Both the position numbers and the translations under genes were made by a program. 64,000 nt of DNA from the IMG/VR virus record IMGVR_UViG_2568526312_000010. One strand, given 5' to 3'. Below are positions 21,881-31,652 of this stretch, piece by piece; position 1 is the stretch's first letter; the number at the start of each line of letters is the position of its first letter. Source of the DNA: a virus (taxonomy: Duplodnaviria > Heunggongvirae > Uroviricota > Caudoviricetes). The notes beneath the pieces were generated by a model. The model was given only the letters and a program-made list of their open reading frames with translations. It had not been told where the DNA came from and ran no database searches.

Positions 21881-22306
21881 TCAATGCACGACAACAGCAT
21901 TACCAGGCTGACCCCCACTGTTAGTCAGGGTGCCCCAGGCGATCGCCGCTGCGACAAAATCATCCACATCTTTCACCAGCCGATCCCTCCGTTCGACGAT
22001 CTCACGGTAATATTCAGAGCTGTGACTGCGCATACGGGCCACCAGCAGAGGCGGCATTGCCTTTTCGATCGCCGGTAACAGAGCCTGCATTTTTTCAACT
22101 GCATCAGGGGTGTCTTTCTCTATCCAGCGGAAAATTTTCTGGGTATTGCGAGCCAGGGCTTCCGGATGGCTGTCGTCGTACAGTTCAGGAAACGTCATAC
22201 CCAACTCAAAATAAGCCTGGGTTATTCCAGCTGCCGGAACTTTTTCGCCATCAGGACGCGCCCAGGCATTCATCGCCATGCGGATGTGTTCATGCTTGAT
22301 TTTCAT
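21881..22306 (-). CDS. YdaT-like protein in the cII position
   Basis: internal start MKIKHEHIRMAMN...; family from memory of Rac ydaT, not certain. Confidence 0.45.
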   Translation of the reverse strand: MKIKHEHIRMAMNAWARPDGEKVPAAGITQAYFELGMTFPELYDDSHPEALARNTQKIFRWIEKDTPDAVEKMQALLPAIEKAMPPLLVARMRSHSSEYYREIVERRDRLVKDVDDFVAAAIAWGTLTNSGGQPGNAVVVH

Positions 22307-22532
22307 GAATCCCCCCTTGGTTAGAAGGCGGATTATGATCAGAATCGGGAATGACAACCGTCGGTATGTGTAACTCATATTTGAGCGCCCCGGCAGTGAC
22401 TGCCTGAATTAGCAACGCCCATTTCCACGGAACGTCTTCCCCCCACATGCTGACTGTGGTTTTTGACGTTCCTAGAGCGGCGGCTGTTTTAACAACTCCG
22501 CCAAAATAGCCTAATACTTCTGATTTTTTCAT
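22290..22532 (-). CDS. Cro-like repressor (DicC-like)
   Basis: VLGYFGGVVKTAAALGTSKTTVSMW...GALKYE resembles recalled DicC; divergent from the cI-like gene. Confidence 0.55.
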   Translation of the reverse strand: MKKSEVLGYFGGVVKTAAALGTSKTTVSMWGEDVPWKWALLIQAVTAGALKYELHIPTVVIPDSDHNPPSNQGGIHENQA

Positions 22533-22623
22533 GAGTCGCTCCATAAAACTGAACGCCAAAAGTTTAATAATCAAAACCAAAGAAAGTCAAGAAACAAAAC
22601 CATCTGTGTTTTAAAATCAAAAC
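22533..22623. promoter_or_regulatory. cro/cI divergent promoter-operator region
   Basis: two similar motifs TTTAATAATCAAAAC and TTTAAAATCAAAAC between the divergent starts. Confidence 0.45.
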
Positions 22624-23262
22624 ATGAACAAGCAAACAATATCTGAACGCATAACCCAACGTATGCATGCGCTAAACTTGAAAGGCAAAGACCTTGTCAA
22701 TGCCACTGGCGCATCAAAAGGCTCCGTAAGTCAATGGATGAACGGTGGAGGAGCGCCGTCCTCGCGTTACATAAGTTCACTGGCAAAGATATTGAAAGTA
22801 AACGAAAATTGGCTTCTTAATGGAGGAGAGTTAAATACAGGTGATTCGCTTGATCTATCTTTACCGCCGATAAAAACGGTTCCGCTACTATCACTTCAGC
22901 AGGCAGCAAGCTGGAGTGATTATATGAAAAATTCCTCAATAACCTCTTGTGTGCAGCTTGTCGGAGAAATCCCGGCCAATACCTTTGCTGTTGTTCTAGA
23001 GAGTGACAGTATGTCGACATCTGGTGGTGGAGTTTCCATCCCAAATGGTTCAACAGTTTTTGTTGATCCCGATCGAATCGTACAACCAGGAAATATTGTC
23101 CTTGCCTTACCCAAAGGGACCACAACGCCTGTCATTCGCAAACTGGAGATAGAAGGGCCGGATATTCTTTTAGTCCCCACGAATCCTCGCTACCCTTCAA
23201 TTATGCTGGATGATCTATCTTGCATATTGGGAGTATGCTTTAAAATTCAACAAGATATTTAA
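22624..23262 (+). CDS. CI-like repressor (HTH_XRE plus LexA-like S24 peptidase domain)
   Basis: N-terminal HTH (ISERITQRMHALNLKGKDLVNATGASKGSVSQWMNG); C-terminal DSM...IRKL serine/lysine dyad. Confidence 0.85.
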   Translation: MNKQTISERITQRMHALNLKGKDLVNATGASKGSVSQWMNGGGAPSSRYISSLAKILKVNENWLLNGGELNTGDSLDLSLPPIKTVPLLSLQQAASWSDYMKNSSITSCVQLVGEIPANTFAVVLESDSMSTSGGGVSIPNGSTVFVDPDRIVQPGNIVLALPKGTTTPVIRKLEIEGPDILLVPTNPRYPSIMLDDLSCILGVCFKIQQDI

Positions 23263-23325
23263 CCAACCTCATCTATTTGATTAACTGTATGCCATCGTAG
23301 TGATGGCGTAACAGCTGCCTGCTTA

Positions 23326-23375
23326 AAATGTTTTGATAAAAAAACATTGACCTTAAATGTTCGTTTTTCTAAACT
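23326..23375 (+). promoter_or_regulatory. candidate early-left promoter with overlapping inverted repeat
   Basis: TTGACC (23346) and TAAACT (23370) with 18-bp spacer; AAAATGTTTT..AAAACATT inverted repeat overlaps the -35. Confidence 0.35.
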
Positions 23376-23554
23376 TCATTCATTCCCTCACCCCGCCCCA
23401 CAGAATGCAGGGCAATACTTCGAGTTACCAGGCAGTGGTCAGGGGTTAAGTAGCCAGCCCGAGGCGTAAGAACATGACGGCAGGGTTCAACTTTAATAAC
23501 TATGCAGCAGGTTTTTGTTCCGCTACCCCGGCGTTAAGGGGAAATGAGGTCAAC

Positions 23555-23707
23555 ATGGATACGCTCAATCTTGGCAACAACGAATCTCTGGTATGTGGCG
23601 TGTTCCCCAACCAGGACGGTACGTTCACCGCGATGACGTATACCAAAAGCAAAACGTTTAAAACTGAAGCTGGCGCGCGTCGCTGGTTAGCCAGAAACAC
23701 TGACTGA
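23555..23707 (+). CDS. small protein (about 50 aa), possibly YdfA/DUF1391-like
   Basis: internal start MDTLNLGNNE with GAGG RBS; stop overlaps next start (TGATGA). Confidence 0.35.
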   Translation: MDTLNLGNNESLVCGVFPNQDGTFTAMTYTKSKTFKTEAGARRWLARNTD

Positions 23708-24357
23708 TGAGGTTGACGATGGAATTTAAAGATTTACCTCCTTCAATCCAGGAGATTGCAGCACACACACTTCGTCATCGTCTGAACGAACTTGAATTGG
23801 AATCGGTAACGAAAAAAGACACTGATAATATGGCTCGTAATGTGCGCGATGCGTTTACCGGATTGTATTTCTGTGCGTCTATAAATAAACACGACTCAGA
23901 GAGTGTGGCAAATAAAATTGCAGAAACGACAGCGCAAAACATCAATACGAAACCAACGGAAGAAGAAATTGATCAGTTTGCTCATGATGCTGGTTTAAAA
24001 AACAAGAAAGAAAAATCGCCATATGCGGGGAACATGTTTGTTTATGACAATCTCATCAGAATTCGTGGCGAAATTCCGGCGGAATACCTGGCAAGAGTCC
24101 ATCAGGCATTGCTTAAAAATTTGGAAACAGAATTATTTGATGGCAACACTAACGGTTTCTTCATGGTATCAGGCCTTGAGAAAGACTGGGATGCAGAAAA
24201 ACGCTGGAATGTTGCTACATGGTTATTCAGTAACAGAGCCGCTGCACTGGAAGCTTCGGCATGTATTTGCGGCCTGTTCTTAACAGACCACAAATATAAT
24301 CTGGATGTGTACAGTTATATTTACGCTGAACACGGTCCACTCTGGATTGACTGGTAA
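23707..24357 (+). CDS. hypothetical 216-aa protein, no recognisable family
   Basis: ORF directly downstream of cI on the same strand; AT-richer than neighbours; alternative start at 23719. Confidence 0.5.
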   Translation: MRLTMEFKDLPPSIQEIAAHTLRHRLNELELESVTKKDTDNMARNVRDAFTGLYFCASINKHDSESVANKIAETTAQNINTKPTEEEIDQFAHDAGLKNKKEKSPYAGNMFVYDNLIRIRGEIPAEYLARVHQALLKNLETELFDGNTNGFFMVSGLEKDWDAEKRWNVATWLFSNRAAALEASACICGLFLTDHKYNLDVYSYIYAEHGPLWIDW

Positions 24358-24567
24358 TTATAAGGAAACACCAGCAGGGCCGCGGCGACCAACAGAACGA
24401 TTAAAATCAATAATGCCATTATAAAGGACATTATTTAATTTATCGTCGAATGCTGATTCTGTGAGCCTCAACTCTGAATGAGTTTTTAATAACCCTGATT
24501 GCCTGAGTTGATTTACCAGGCATTCAATCTGTTTTTCAATAAGCGGATTTCTTTTTTTGTTTGGCAT
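24358..24567 (-). CDS. hypothetical 69-aa protein, convergent with the 216-aa gene
   Basis: GGAGG 5 nt upstream of ATG (MPNKKRNPLIEKQIECLV...); stop codons of the two genes abut at 24357/24358. Confidence 0.4.
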   Translation of the reverse strand: MPNKKRNPLIEKQIECLVNQLRQSGLLKTHSELRLTESAFDDKLNNVLYNGIIDFNRSVGRRGPAGVSL

Positions 24568-24904
24568 TTTATCCTCCATTGAGGTTCTGGGTTAAAAATG
24601 GAGACCAACACGCTGTCACGTGTGGTCGTGCGCCGGACACGGATAAGAATCCGGTACTGACAGTTTACTGAAAGGATATTTCCCTGAAAAGTCAGTGCAT
24701 AACGCGAAAGCGTACGGCGAAGCTCTTTCCCTTAGAAGGCTTGTCGTTAGATTTCTTCGAACGTGCGCTTCCGGTTGTGGCACTCCGCGAAATGGCGCGG
24801 CGGTAAGTATGGCGGGGTTATTCCTTCCCCATTGAGGACACCGGGTTGTCAGGTTGACCATACGCTTAAGTGACAACCCCGCTGCAACGCCCTCTGTTAT
24901 CAAT

Positions 24905-24962
24905 TTTCTGGTGACGTTTGGCGGTATCAGTTTTACTCCGTGGCTGCTCTGCCGCCCTTTTT
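24905..24962 (+). ncRNA. dicF: DicF small RNA
   Basis: tttctggtgacgtttggcggtatcagttttactccgtggctgctctgccgcccttttt matches recalled DicF with one mismatch; terminator hairpin plus U-tract; upstream of dicB. Confidence 0.8.
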
Positions 24963-25131
24963 AAAGTGAATTTTGTGATGCGGTGAATGCGGCTAAGCGC
25001 ACGCGGAACAGTTAAAACCAAAAACAGTGTTATGGGTGGATTCTCTGTATCCGGCGTTAATTGTTAACTGGTTAACGTCACCTGGAGGCACCAGGCACTG
25101 CATCACAAAATTCATTGTTGAGGACGCGATA

Positions 25132-25320
25132 ATGGAAACGTTATTACCAAACGTTAATACGTCTGAAGGTTGTTTTGATATTGGTGTTCTGCTCAGTAAC
25201 CGGGAGTTTACTGAAGATGCCATTAACATGAGGAAATATGAGCCTTATCTGCTCAATGATAATTCCATACTTTCCCGAATTGCTCTTCTTGAACTTGGTA
25301 TTTTCGGAGAACGTCAATGA
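25132..25320 (+). CDS. dicB: cell-division inhibitor DicB-like
   Basis: METLLPNVNTSEGCFDIGV...TEDAIN matches recalled DicB N-terminus; GAGGA RBS; follows dicF. Confidence 0.7.
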   Translation: METLLPNVNTSEGCFDIGVLLSNREFTEDAINMRKYEPYLLNDNSILSRIALLELGIFGERQ

Positions 25321-25505
25321 CTTCAGCATTTGCACTGATGATGACGGTTTTTCTTATAACGGGTGAATCACAGAATGTGATTACCGGAATTTATGCCAGT
25401 AAAGAATCCTGCCTCCAGGCAAGAGACGAGCAAAAAATTTCTGGTGAATGCCTCCCGGTAAAAAAAGTATCGCTGTACCTGAATAACGAAACACCGGCTG
25501 GATAA
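25317..25505 (+). CDS. YdfD-like small protein with hydrophobic N-terminus
   Basis: 62 aa, MTSAFALMMTVFLITG signal-like segment, two Cys; start overlaps dicB stop (ATGA). Confidence 0.5.
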   Translation: MTSAFALMMTVFLITGESQNVITGIYASKESCLQARDEQKISGECLPVKKVSLYLNNETPAG

Positions 25506-25597
25506 CCCTCCAGCCATATTAACACCATACCAACGGATTAAAAATGCCAGCAATGGCAGGGATTTGTTCACCCTTAAATCTGTAATGAGGTTTATCA

Positions 25598-26842
25598 ATG
25601 AGCACTGATAAAGAAGAATTTGCGCTATATTGCGAAGCAAAAAATGACAAAGTCAGAAAACGTCTGGGAATTAAAGGTGGTTTTTACTGGACTACAGCAA
25701 AAAAATTATCTGTTGCCATCTCCCGCTGCATTACCGCAATGGATGACAACGATTATGATGAAGACGACTTTAAAAAACCCGTTCGCGTCCATTTACCCGT
25801 TGTGAATGACCTTCCACCTGAAGGCGTGTTTGATACCGAATTCTGCAACCGATACGAAAAAGGCGGGGAAGATGGCATTACAATGGTATTTATCGCGCCC
25901 TCTCCCTCCGTGCAGGAGAAACCAGCCAGTACTGACAATACCAACGTCAACGGCGAAGACATGACGGAGATTGAGGAGAATATGCTCCTGCCGGTTTCTG
26001 GTCAGGAGCTGCCCATTCGCTGGCTTGCGCAACACGGCAGCGAAAAACCAGTAACGCACGTTGCACGGGAAGAACTTCAGGCATTACATATAGCACGGGC
26101 GGAAGAACTGCCGGCTGTTACTGCCCTGGCCATTTCTCACAAAACAAAGCTGCTCGACCCGCTGGAGATTCGCGACCTTCACAAACTGGTACGCGACACT
26201 GACAAAGTTTTCCCTAATCCCGGTAATTCAGACCTGGGACTGATAACTGCTTTTTTCGAGGCATACCTGGACGCTGACTACACTGATCGGGGTCTGCTGA
26301 CAAAAGAGTGGATGAAAGGAAATCGTGTTTCGCGTATCACCCGTACGGCTTCCGGTGCAAATGCCGGTGGCGGGAACAAAACCGATCGCAATCCGAATTT
26401 AGTACACACCTTCGATACGCTGGATGTGGAGATTGCAGCAGCCACACTTCCGATGGATTTTAATATTTATGAAATTCCGGGCAGCGTTTATCGTCGCGCA
26501 AAAGAAATCGTCCTGAAAAGAGAAAGTCCGTTCAAAGAATGGTCCGCAGCACTTCGCGCAACCCCGGGTATTCTGGACTATTCCCGCGCCGCTATTTTTG
26601 CACTTATCCGGAGCGCTCACCCTGAGTTTTATCACTACCCGGGACGCCTTCAGGGGTATATCAACGCCTACTTAACGGAGACTGATCACGAGAACCCCAG
26701 CAAGGAAACTCTCACTGCTGCACGACATACACCGGAAAAAGATATCCTGGAAGAAGTTAACCGCGAACTGTCTGCTAAGCAGGAAACAGAAGAAGAAAAT
26801 GATGAAGAAAAACCGCAACCATCTTGCGCAATGGCAGAATGA
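25598..26842 (+). CDS. hypothetical 414-aa protein (YdfE position), acidic C-terminus
   Basis: long ORF with no recognisable motif; between ydfD-like gene and truncated integrase. Confidence 0.5.
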   Translation: MSTDKEEFALYCEAKNDKVRKRLGIKGGFYWTTAKKLSVAISRCITAMDDNDYDEDDFKKPVRVHLPVVNDLPPEGVFDTEFCNRYEKGGEDGITMVFIAPSPSVQEKPASTDNTNVNGEDMTEIEENMLLPVSGQELPIRWLAQHGSEKPVTHVAREELQALHIARAEELPAVTALAISHKTKLLDPLEIRDLHKLVRDTDKVFPNPGNSDLGLITAFFEAYLDADYTDRGLLTKEWMKGNRVSRITRTASGANAGGGNKTDRNPNLVHTFDTLDVEIAAATLPMDFNIYEIPGSVYRRAKEIVLKRESPFKEWSAALRATPGILDYSRAAIFALIRSAHPEFYHYPGRLQGYINAYLTETDHENPSKETLTAARHTPEKDILEEVNRELSAKQETEEENDEEKPQPSCAMAE

Positions 26843-27375
26843 TAATCAGAAGAAATCTGGCAAAAGACCGTTTTACAGTACCAAAAACACAGGCGGGAAC
26901 CAATCGTGTGATTCACCTTATTAAGCCCGCAATCGACGCTCTCCGGAGTCAGATGGCACTAACGAGACTGAGCAAAGAGCATATCATCGATGTTCACCTC
27001 AGAGAATTCGGCAGAACAGAGAAACAAAAATGTACCTTTGTTTTTCAACCTGAAGTGTCAGCGAAAGTAAAAAATTATGGCGACCATTTTACCGTTGACT
27101 CAATAAGGCAGATGTGGGACGCAGCGGTAAAGCGTGCCGGAATCCGCCATCGCAAATCGTATCAGTCGAGACACACTTATGCCTGCTGGTCGTTAACAGC
27201 AGGAGCTAACCCGGCATTCATTGCAAACCAGATGGGCCATGCAGATGCGCAAATGGTGTTTCAGGTGTACGGGAAATGGATGTCAGAAAATAATAATGCG
27301 CAGGTAACGCTGTTAAATACACAGTTAAGCGAGTTTGCCCCAACCATGCCCCATAACGAAGCGATGAAAAGTTAA
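26824..27375 (+). pseudogene. tyrosine integrase, C-terminal catalytic fragment only
   Basis: 183 aa with H-x-x-R and Y (SRHTYACWSL...GHADAQMVFQVYGKWM) but no N-terminal domain or box-I Arg region. Confidence 0.7.
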
Positions 27376-27447
27376 TTTTTTATTTATCAATTAGTTAGAT
27401 TGAATGACTCTTGAAATCCATAATTCATAGATGTTTTTTACTATTCT

Positions 27448-27795
27448 GTGGGTTTTTGGGTGTTTTCTAAGTTTTTTCAGATGGTTGTATTTTTTCTAAA
27501 AATCCCTAATCTCGATTTTGCTGTTTATTTGAGGCCTTTTTATGTCCCATATATGCCCCACAGATACCCCGCAGCCAAAATCAACAAAATGCCAAAAGGT
27601 TCTGTTCCTGCCCTGCAACAAGAAATGCTGCGACGTGTCAGTAAACGTTATGACGATGTAGAAGTGATCATCAAATCCACCAGCAACGATGGCCTTTCAG
27701 TTACTCGCACCGCCGATAAAGATTCTGCAAAAACTTTTGTTCAGGAGACGCTGAAAGATACCTGGGAGTCTGCTGACGAGTGGTTTGTTCGCTAA
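27448..27795 (+). CDS. hypothetical small protein at the prophage junction
   Basis: likely internal start [14 protein letters not shown]...; not recognised. Confidence 0.3.
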   Translation: MGFWVFSKFFQMVVFFLKIPNLDFAVYLRPFYVPYMPHRYPAAKINKMPKGSVPALQQEMLRRVSKRYDDVEVIIKSTSNDGLSVTRTADKDSAKTFVQETLKDTWESADEWFVR

Positions 27796-27844
27796 TTAAC
27801 GAGTAAAATCGACCCTGTACACGATTCTGTGTAAATGCCTTTTC

Positions 27845-28665
27845 TCAGAAGTGACCGTCCAGGCGGTCACCGAACTCGATAATAAAGCGGCTCATTGCCA
27901 TACGCCAGTCCCGCAGTGGCATCGTCCATTTCTGTGAAGCCGCCTGGATTGCCAGCCACACGACCTTTTTCACTGAGTCATCCGTCGGGAACACCTTGCG
28001 TTTTTTGATGGCATGCCGGATTACGCTGTTCAGCGACTCGATGGCGTTGGTTGTGTAGATGACTTTGCGGATATCTGCCGGGTAAGCGAAGAACATCGCC
28101 AGGTTGGTCCAGTTTGCCTGCCAGCTCCGGCTTATCTGCGGGTAGCGACTGTCCCAGGCGCTGGCGAACGCTTCCAGCGCCTGCTGGCCTGCTTCTTCTG
28201 TGGGGGCCTGGTAGATGGCTTTCAGGTCGCGGGTGACGGCTTTGTAGTCCTTCCAGGAAACGAACCGCAGGCTGTTGCGCACCATATGCACGATGCACAG
28301 CTGGATGCGGGCTTCCGGATACACCGTGTTGATAGCGTCCGGGAAGCCTTTCAGCCCGTCGACACAGGCTATGAGAATATCGTTCAGGCCGCGGTTTTTT
28401 AGTTCAGTCAGCACATTGAGCCAGAACTTCGCTCCCTCGTTTTCGGCCAGCCACATACCCAGTAACTCTTTCTGGCCTTCGATATTGATACCCAGTGCGA
28501 GGAATACGGATTTATTGATTACGCGACTGTCCTGCCGAACCTTCAGGACAATACAGTCAAGATAAACAATGGGATAGACCGCATCCAGTGGCCGGTTTTG
28601 CCATTCGACTACCTGCTCCATAACGGCATCGGTGACCTTCGATACCAGCGCCGGTGAGACATCAG
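27845..28665 (-). pseudogene. IS256-family transposase, C-terminal fragment
   Basis: mutator-type transposase body; reading frame continues from the N-terminal fragment at 31109-31503 once the nested IS is removed. Confidence 0.75.
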
Positions 28666-28757
28666 GTAAGCGTACAGCCTGAACCGTCTGGTCAGAATCT
28701 GACGAATTAGACAAAGTGGTGTCCACCAAATAAGTAGTGGGAACCAAAGTATCAGAT

Positions 28758-29138
28758 ATGCAGAAAAATGTGACTCCCGGCAGGCGAAAAGGCTGCCCTA
28801 ATTATCCTCCCGAATTTAAACAGCAGCTCGTTGCTGCCTCCTGTGAACCCGGGATATCCATCTCAAAACTTGCTCTTGAAAATGGCATTAACGCCAATCT
28901 GTTGTTCAAATGGCGACAACAATGGCGCGAGGGAAAGCTGCTATTACCTTCTTCAGAGAGCCCCCAGCTACTTCCTGTGACTCTCGATGCAGCTGCCGAA
29001 CAGCCAGAATCGCTCGCAGAGGACCCGGAAACCCTCAGTATCAGCTGTGAGGTAACGTTCCGGCACGGGACGCTCCGCTTCAATGGCAATGTCAGCGAAA
29101 AGCTCCTGACTCTGCTGATACAGGAACTGAAGCGATGA
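28758..29138 (+). CDS. IS66-family TnpA (orf1)
   Basis: first ORF of the three-gene IS66 unit. Confidence 0.7.
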   Translation: MQKNVTPGRRKGCPNYPPEFKQQLVAASCEPGISISKLALENGINANLLFKWRQQWREGKLLLPSSESPQLLPVTLDAAAEQPESLAEDPETLSISCEVTFRHGTLRFNGNVSEKLLTLLIQELKR

Positions 29139-29482
29139 TCCCGTTACCTTCCGGGACCAAAATTTGGCTGGTTGCCGGTATCACCGATATGAGAAATGGC
29201 TTCAACGGCCTGGCTGCGAAAGTACAAACGGCGCTGAAAGACGATCCCATGTCCGGCCATGTTTTCATTTTCCGGGGCCGCAGCGGCAGTCAGGTTAAAC
29301 TGCTGTGGTCCACCGGTGACGGACTGTGCCTCCTGACCAAACGGCTGGAGCGTGGGCGCTTCGCCTGGCCGTCAGCCCGTGATGGCAAAGTGTTCCTTAC
29401 GCAGGCGCAGCTGGCGATGCTGCTGGAAGGTATCGACTGGCGACAGCCTAAGCGGCTGCTGACCTCCCTGACCATGCTGTAA
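29135..29482 (+). CDS. IS66-family TnpB (orf2)
   Basis: 115 aa, overlapping start, typical middle ORF. Confidence 0.75.
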   Translation: MIPLPSGTKIWLVAGITDMRNGFNGLAAKVQTALKDDPMSGHVFIFRGRSGSQVKLLWSTGDGLCLLTKRLERGRFAWPSARDGKVFLTQAQLAMLLEGIDWRQPKRLLTSLTML

Positions 29483-29531
29483 ATCTCTTTATCCTGGTTG
29501 TCACAGAATAAGCCCGGTAAAATACGGGCTT

Positions 29532-31070
29532 ATGAACGACATCTCTTCTGACGACATCTTCCTGCTGAAACAGCGCCTGGCCGAACAGGAAGCGCTGATC
29601 CACGCCCTGCAGGAAAAGCTGAGCAACCGGGAGCGCGAAATAGACCATCTGCAGGCGCAGCTGGATAAACTCCGCCGGATGAACTTCGGCAGTCGTTCCG
29701 AAAAAGTCTCCCGCCGTATCGCACAAATGGAAGCCGATCTGAACCGGCTTCAGAAAGAGAGCGATACGCTGACTGGTAGGGTGTATGACCCGGCAGTACA
29801 GCGTCCGTTGCGTCAGACCCGCACCCGTAAGCCGTTCCCTGAATCACTACCCCGTGACGAAAAGCGACTGTTGCCTGCGGCGCCGTGCTGCCCGAACTGC
29901 GGCGGTTCACTGAGCTATCTGGGCGAGGATACCGCCGAACAGCTGGAGTTGATGCGTAGCGCCTTCCGGGTTATCCGGACGGTACGGGAAAAACATGCCT
30001 GTACTCAGTGCGATGCCATCGTGCAGGCACCTGCACCTTCGCGGCCCATCGAGCGGGGTATCGCCGGACCGGGGCTGCTGGCCCGCGTGCTGACCTCGAA
30101 GTATGCAGAGCACACCCCGCTGTATCGCCAGTCAGAAATATACGGCCGGCAAGGTGTGGAGCTGAGGCGTTCACTGCTGTCGGGCTGGGTGGATGCATGC
30201 TGCCGGCTGCTGTCTCCGCTGGAAGAGGCGCTTCATGGCTATGTCATGACTGACGGCAAACTCCATGCCGATGATACCCCGGTCCAGGTACTGCTGCCGG
30301 GTAATAAGAAGACGAAGACCGGGCGGTTGTGGGCGTATGTTCGTGATGACCGCAATGCAGGGTCAGCGTTGGCACCTGCAGTGTGGTTCGCTTACAGCCC
30401 GGACAGAAAAGGCATCCATCCGCAGACTCATCTTGCCTGCTTCAGCGGTGTGCTGCAAGCGGATGCGTACGCCGGGTTCAACGAGCTGTATCGCAATGGT
30501 GGGATAACGGAAGCTGCCTGCTGGGCTCATGCCCGCCGAAAGATCCACGATGTGCACGTCCGCATCCCGTCAGCACTGACGGAAGAAGCCCTGGAGCAGA
30601 TCGGTCAGTTGTACGCCATAGAGGCGGATATAAGGGGAATGCCGGCAGAGCAGCGGCTTGCTGAACGTCAGCGAAAAACGAAACCGTTGTTGAAATCCCT
30701 GGAAAGCTGGTTGCGTGAAAAGATGAAGACCCTGTCGCGACACTCAGAGTTGGCGAAGGCGTTCGCGTACGCACTTAACCAGTGGCCGGCACTGACGTAC
30801 TATGCGAACGATGGCTGGGTGGAAATCGACAACAACATCGCTGAAAATGCCCTGCGGGCGGTCAGTCTGGGTCGTAAAAACTTCCTGTTCTTCGGCTCTG
30901 ATCATGGTGGTGAGCGGGGAGCGCTACTGTACAGCCTGATCGGGACGTGCAAACTGAATGACGTGGATCCAGAAAGCTACCTTCGCCATGTGCTTGGCGT
31001 CATAGCAGACTGGCCGGTCAACCGGGTCAGCGAACTGCTTCCGTGGCGCATAGCACTGCCAGCTGAATAA
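29532..31070 (+). CDS. IS66-family transposase TnpC (orf3)
   Basis: 512 aa with N-terminal coiled-coil/leucine zipper and Cys cluster (CCPNCGG...CTQC). Confidence 0.85.
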   Translation: MNDISSDDIFLLKQRLAEQEALIHALQEKLSNREREIDHLQAQLDKLRRMNFGSRSEKVSRRIAQMEADLNRLQKESDTLTGRVYDPAVQRPLRQTRTRKPFPESLPRDEKRLLPAAPCCPNCGGSLSYLGEDTAEQLELMRSAFRVIRTVREKHACTQCDAIVQAPAPSRPIERGIAGPGLLARVLTSKYAEHTPLYRQSEIYGRQGVELRRSLLSGWVDACCRLLSPLEEALHGYVMTDGKLHADDTPVQVLLPGNKKTKTGRLWAYVRDDRNAGSALAPAVWFAYSPDRKGIHPQTHLACFSGVLQADAYAGFNELYRNGGITEAACWAHARRKIHDVHVRIPSALTEEALEQIGQLYAIEADIRGMPAEQRLAERQRKTKPLLKSLESWLREKMKTLSRHSELAKAFAYALNQWPALTYYANDGWVEIDNNIAENALRAVSLGRKNFLFFGSDHGGERGALLYSLIGTCKLNDVDPESYLRHVLGVIADWPVNRVSELLPWRIALPAE

Positions 31071-31108
31071 CACATCCCCGTCAATACGGCCCTCGCTGTA
31101 CGCTTACG

Positions 31109-31503
31109 ACATCAGCGTCATACAGCTCTTTAAACGCAGCCGCTATTTCGCGGGTTGTCAGGCCTTTGGCGTACAACGACAGGATCTGGTTATCCATCCC
31201 GGTGATCCGGGTCTGGTTTTTCTTCACAAGTTGCGGTTCAAAAGAGCCATCACGATCGCGCGGAGTGCGTAGTTCCAGGTGGCCATCACCGGTGATAACG
31301 GTCTTTGTGGAATAGCCATTGCGGGAGTTGGCACCCGGTTTAGGCTGGTTTTTATCGTAGCCCAGATGGTGGGACATTTCAGCGTTGAGAGCTGCCTCAA
31401 CGCTGATTTTCTTCAGCAGGCGATCGAACTGGCTGAGATCTTCAGGGGTTTTGAGATTTTTGGCCAGTTCGTTAGCCAGAGCCTGCAACTGTTTTTCGTC
31501 CAT
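31109..31503 (-). pseudogene. IS256-family transposase, N-terminal fragment
   Basis: KGLTTREIAAAFKELYDADV then ISEc8 end; continues in the 27845-28665 fragment. Confidence 0.75.
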
Positions 31504-31652
31504 AAATTAACCTGCTTTTGATGTTGGATTGAACATATCAAAATCAGGCAATTACACAAATCTATGTACAGGCTCCTCAGTAAATATCAATACGGTTCTG
31601 GCGAGCCGCTTACGATGCATGAGAATCACTAATAGTATGTAATTATTACATT

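Larger units (their letters stand above)
28666..31108 (+). mobile_element. ISEc8-like IS66-family element (2443 bp)
   Basis: ends GTAAGCGTACAGC.../...GCTGTACGCTTAC; three-ORF IS66 organisation; 8-bp target duplication GACATCAG at 28658-28665 and 31109-31116. Confidence 0.85.
27811..31575 (-). mobile_element. IS256-family insertion sequence, interrupted by a nested IS66-family element
   Basis: imperfect terminal inverted repeats containing CCTGTACA at both ends; flanking near-identical AGTAAA(A)T direct repeats; transposase split in two fragments. Confidence 0.65.

Noticed and set aside
24600-24962. Possible retron msr/msd RNA in the structured region upstream of dicB
   Set aside because: No reverse transcriptase gene follows, and the 3' hairpin matches DicF.
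27376-27447. Looked for an attachment-site core or flanking tRNA next to the integrase remnant
   Set aside because: No tRNA-like structure or obvious direct repeat recognisable by eye; attL not assigned.
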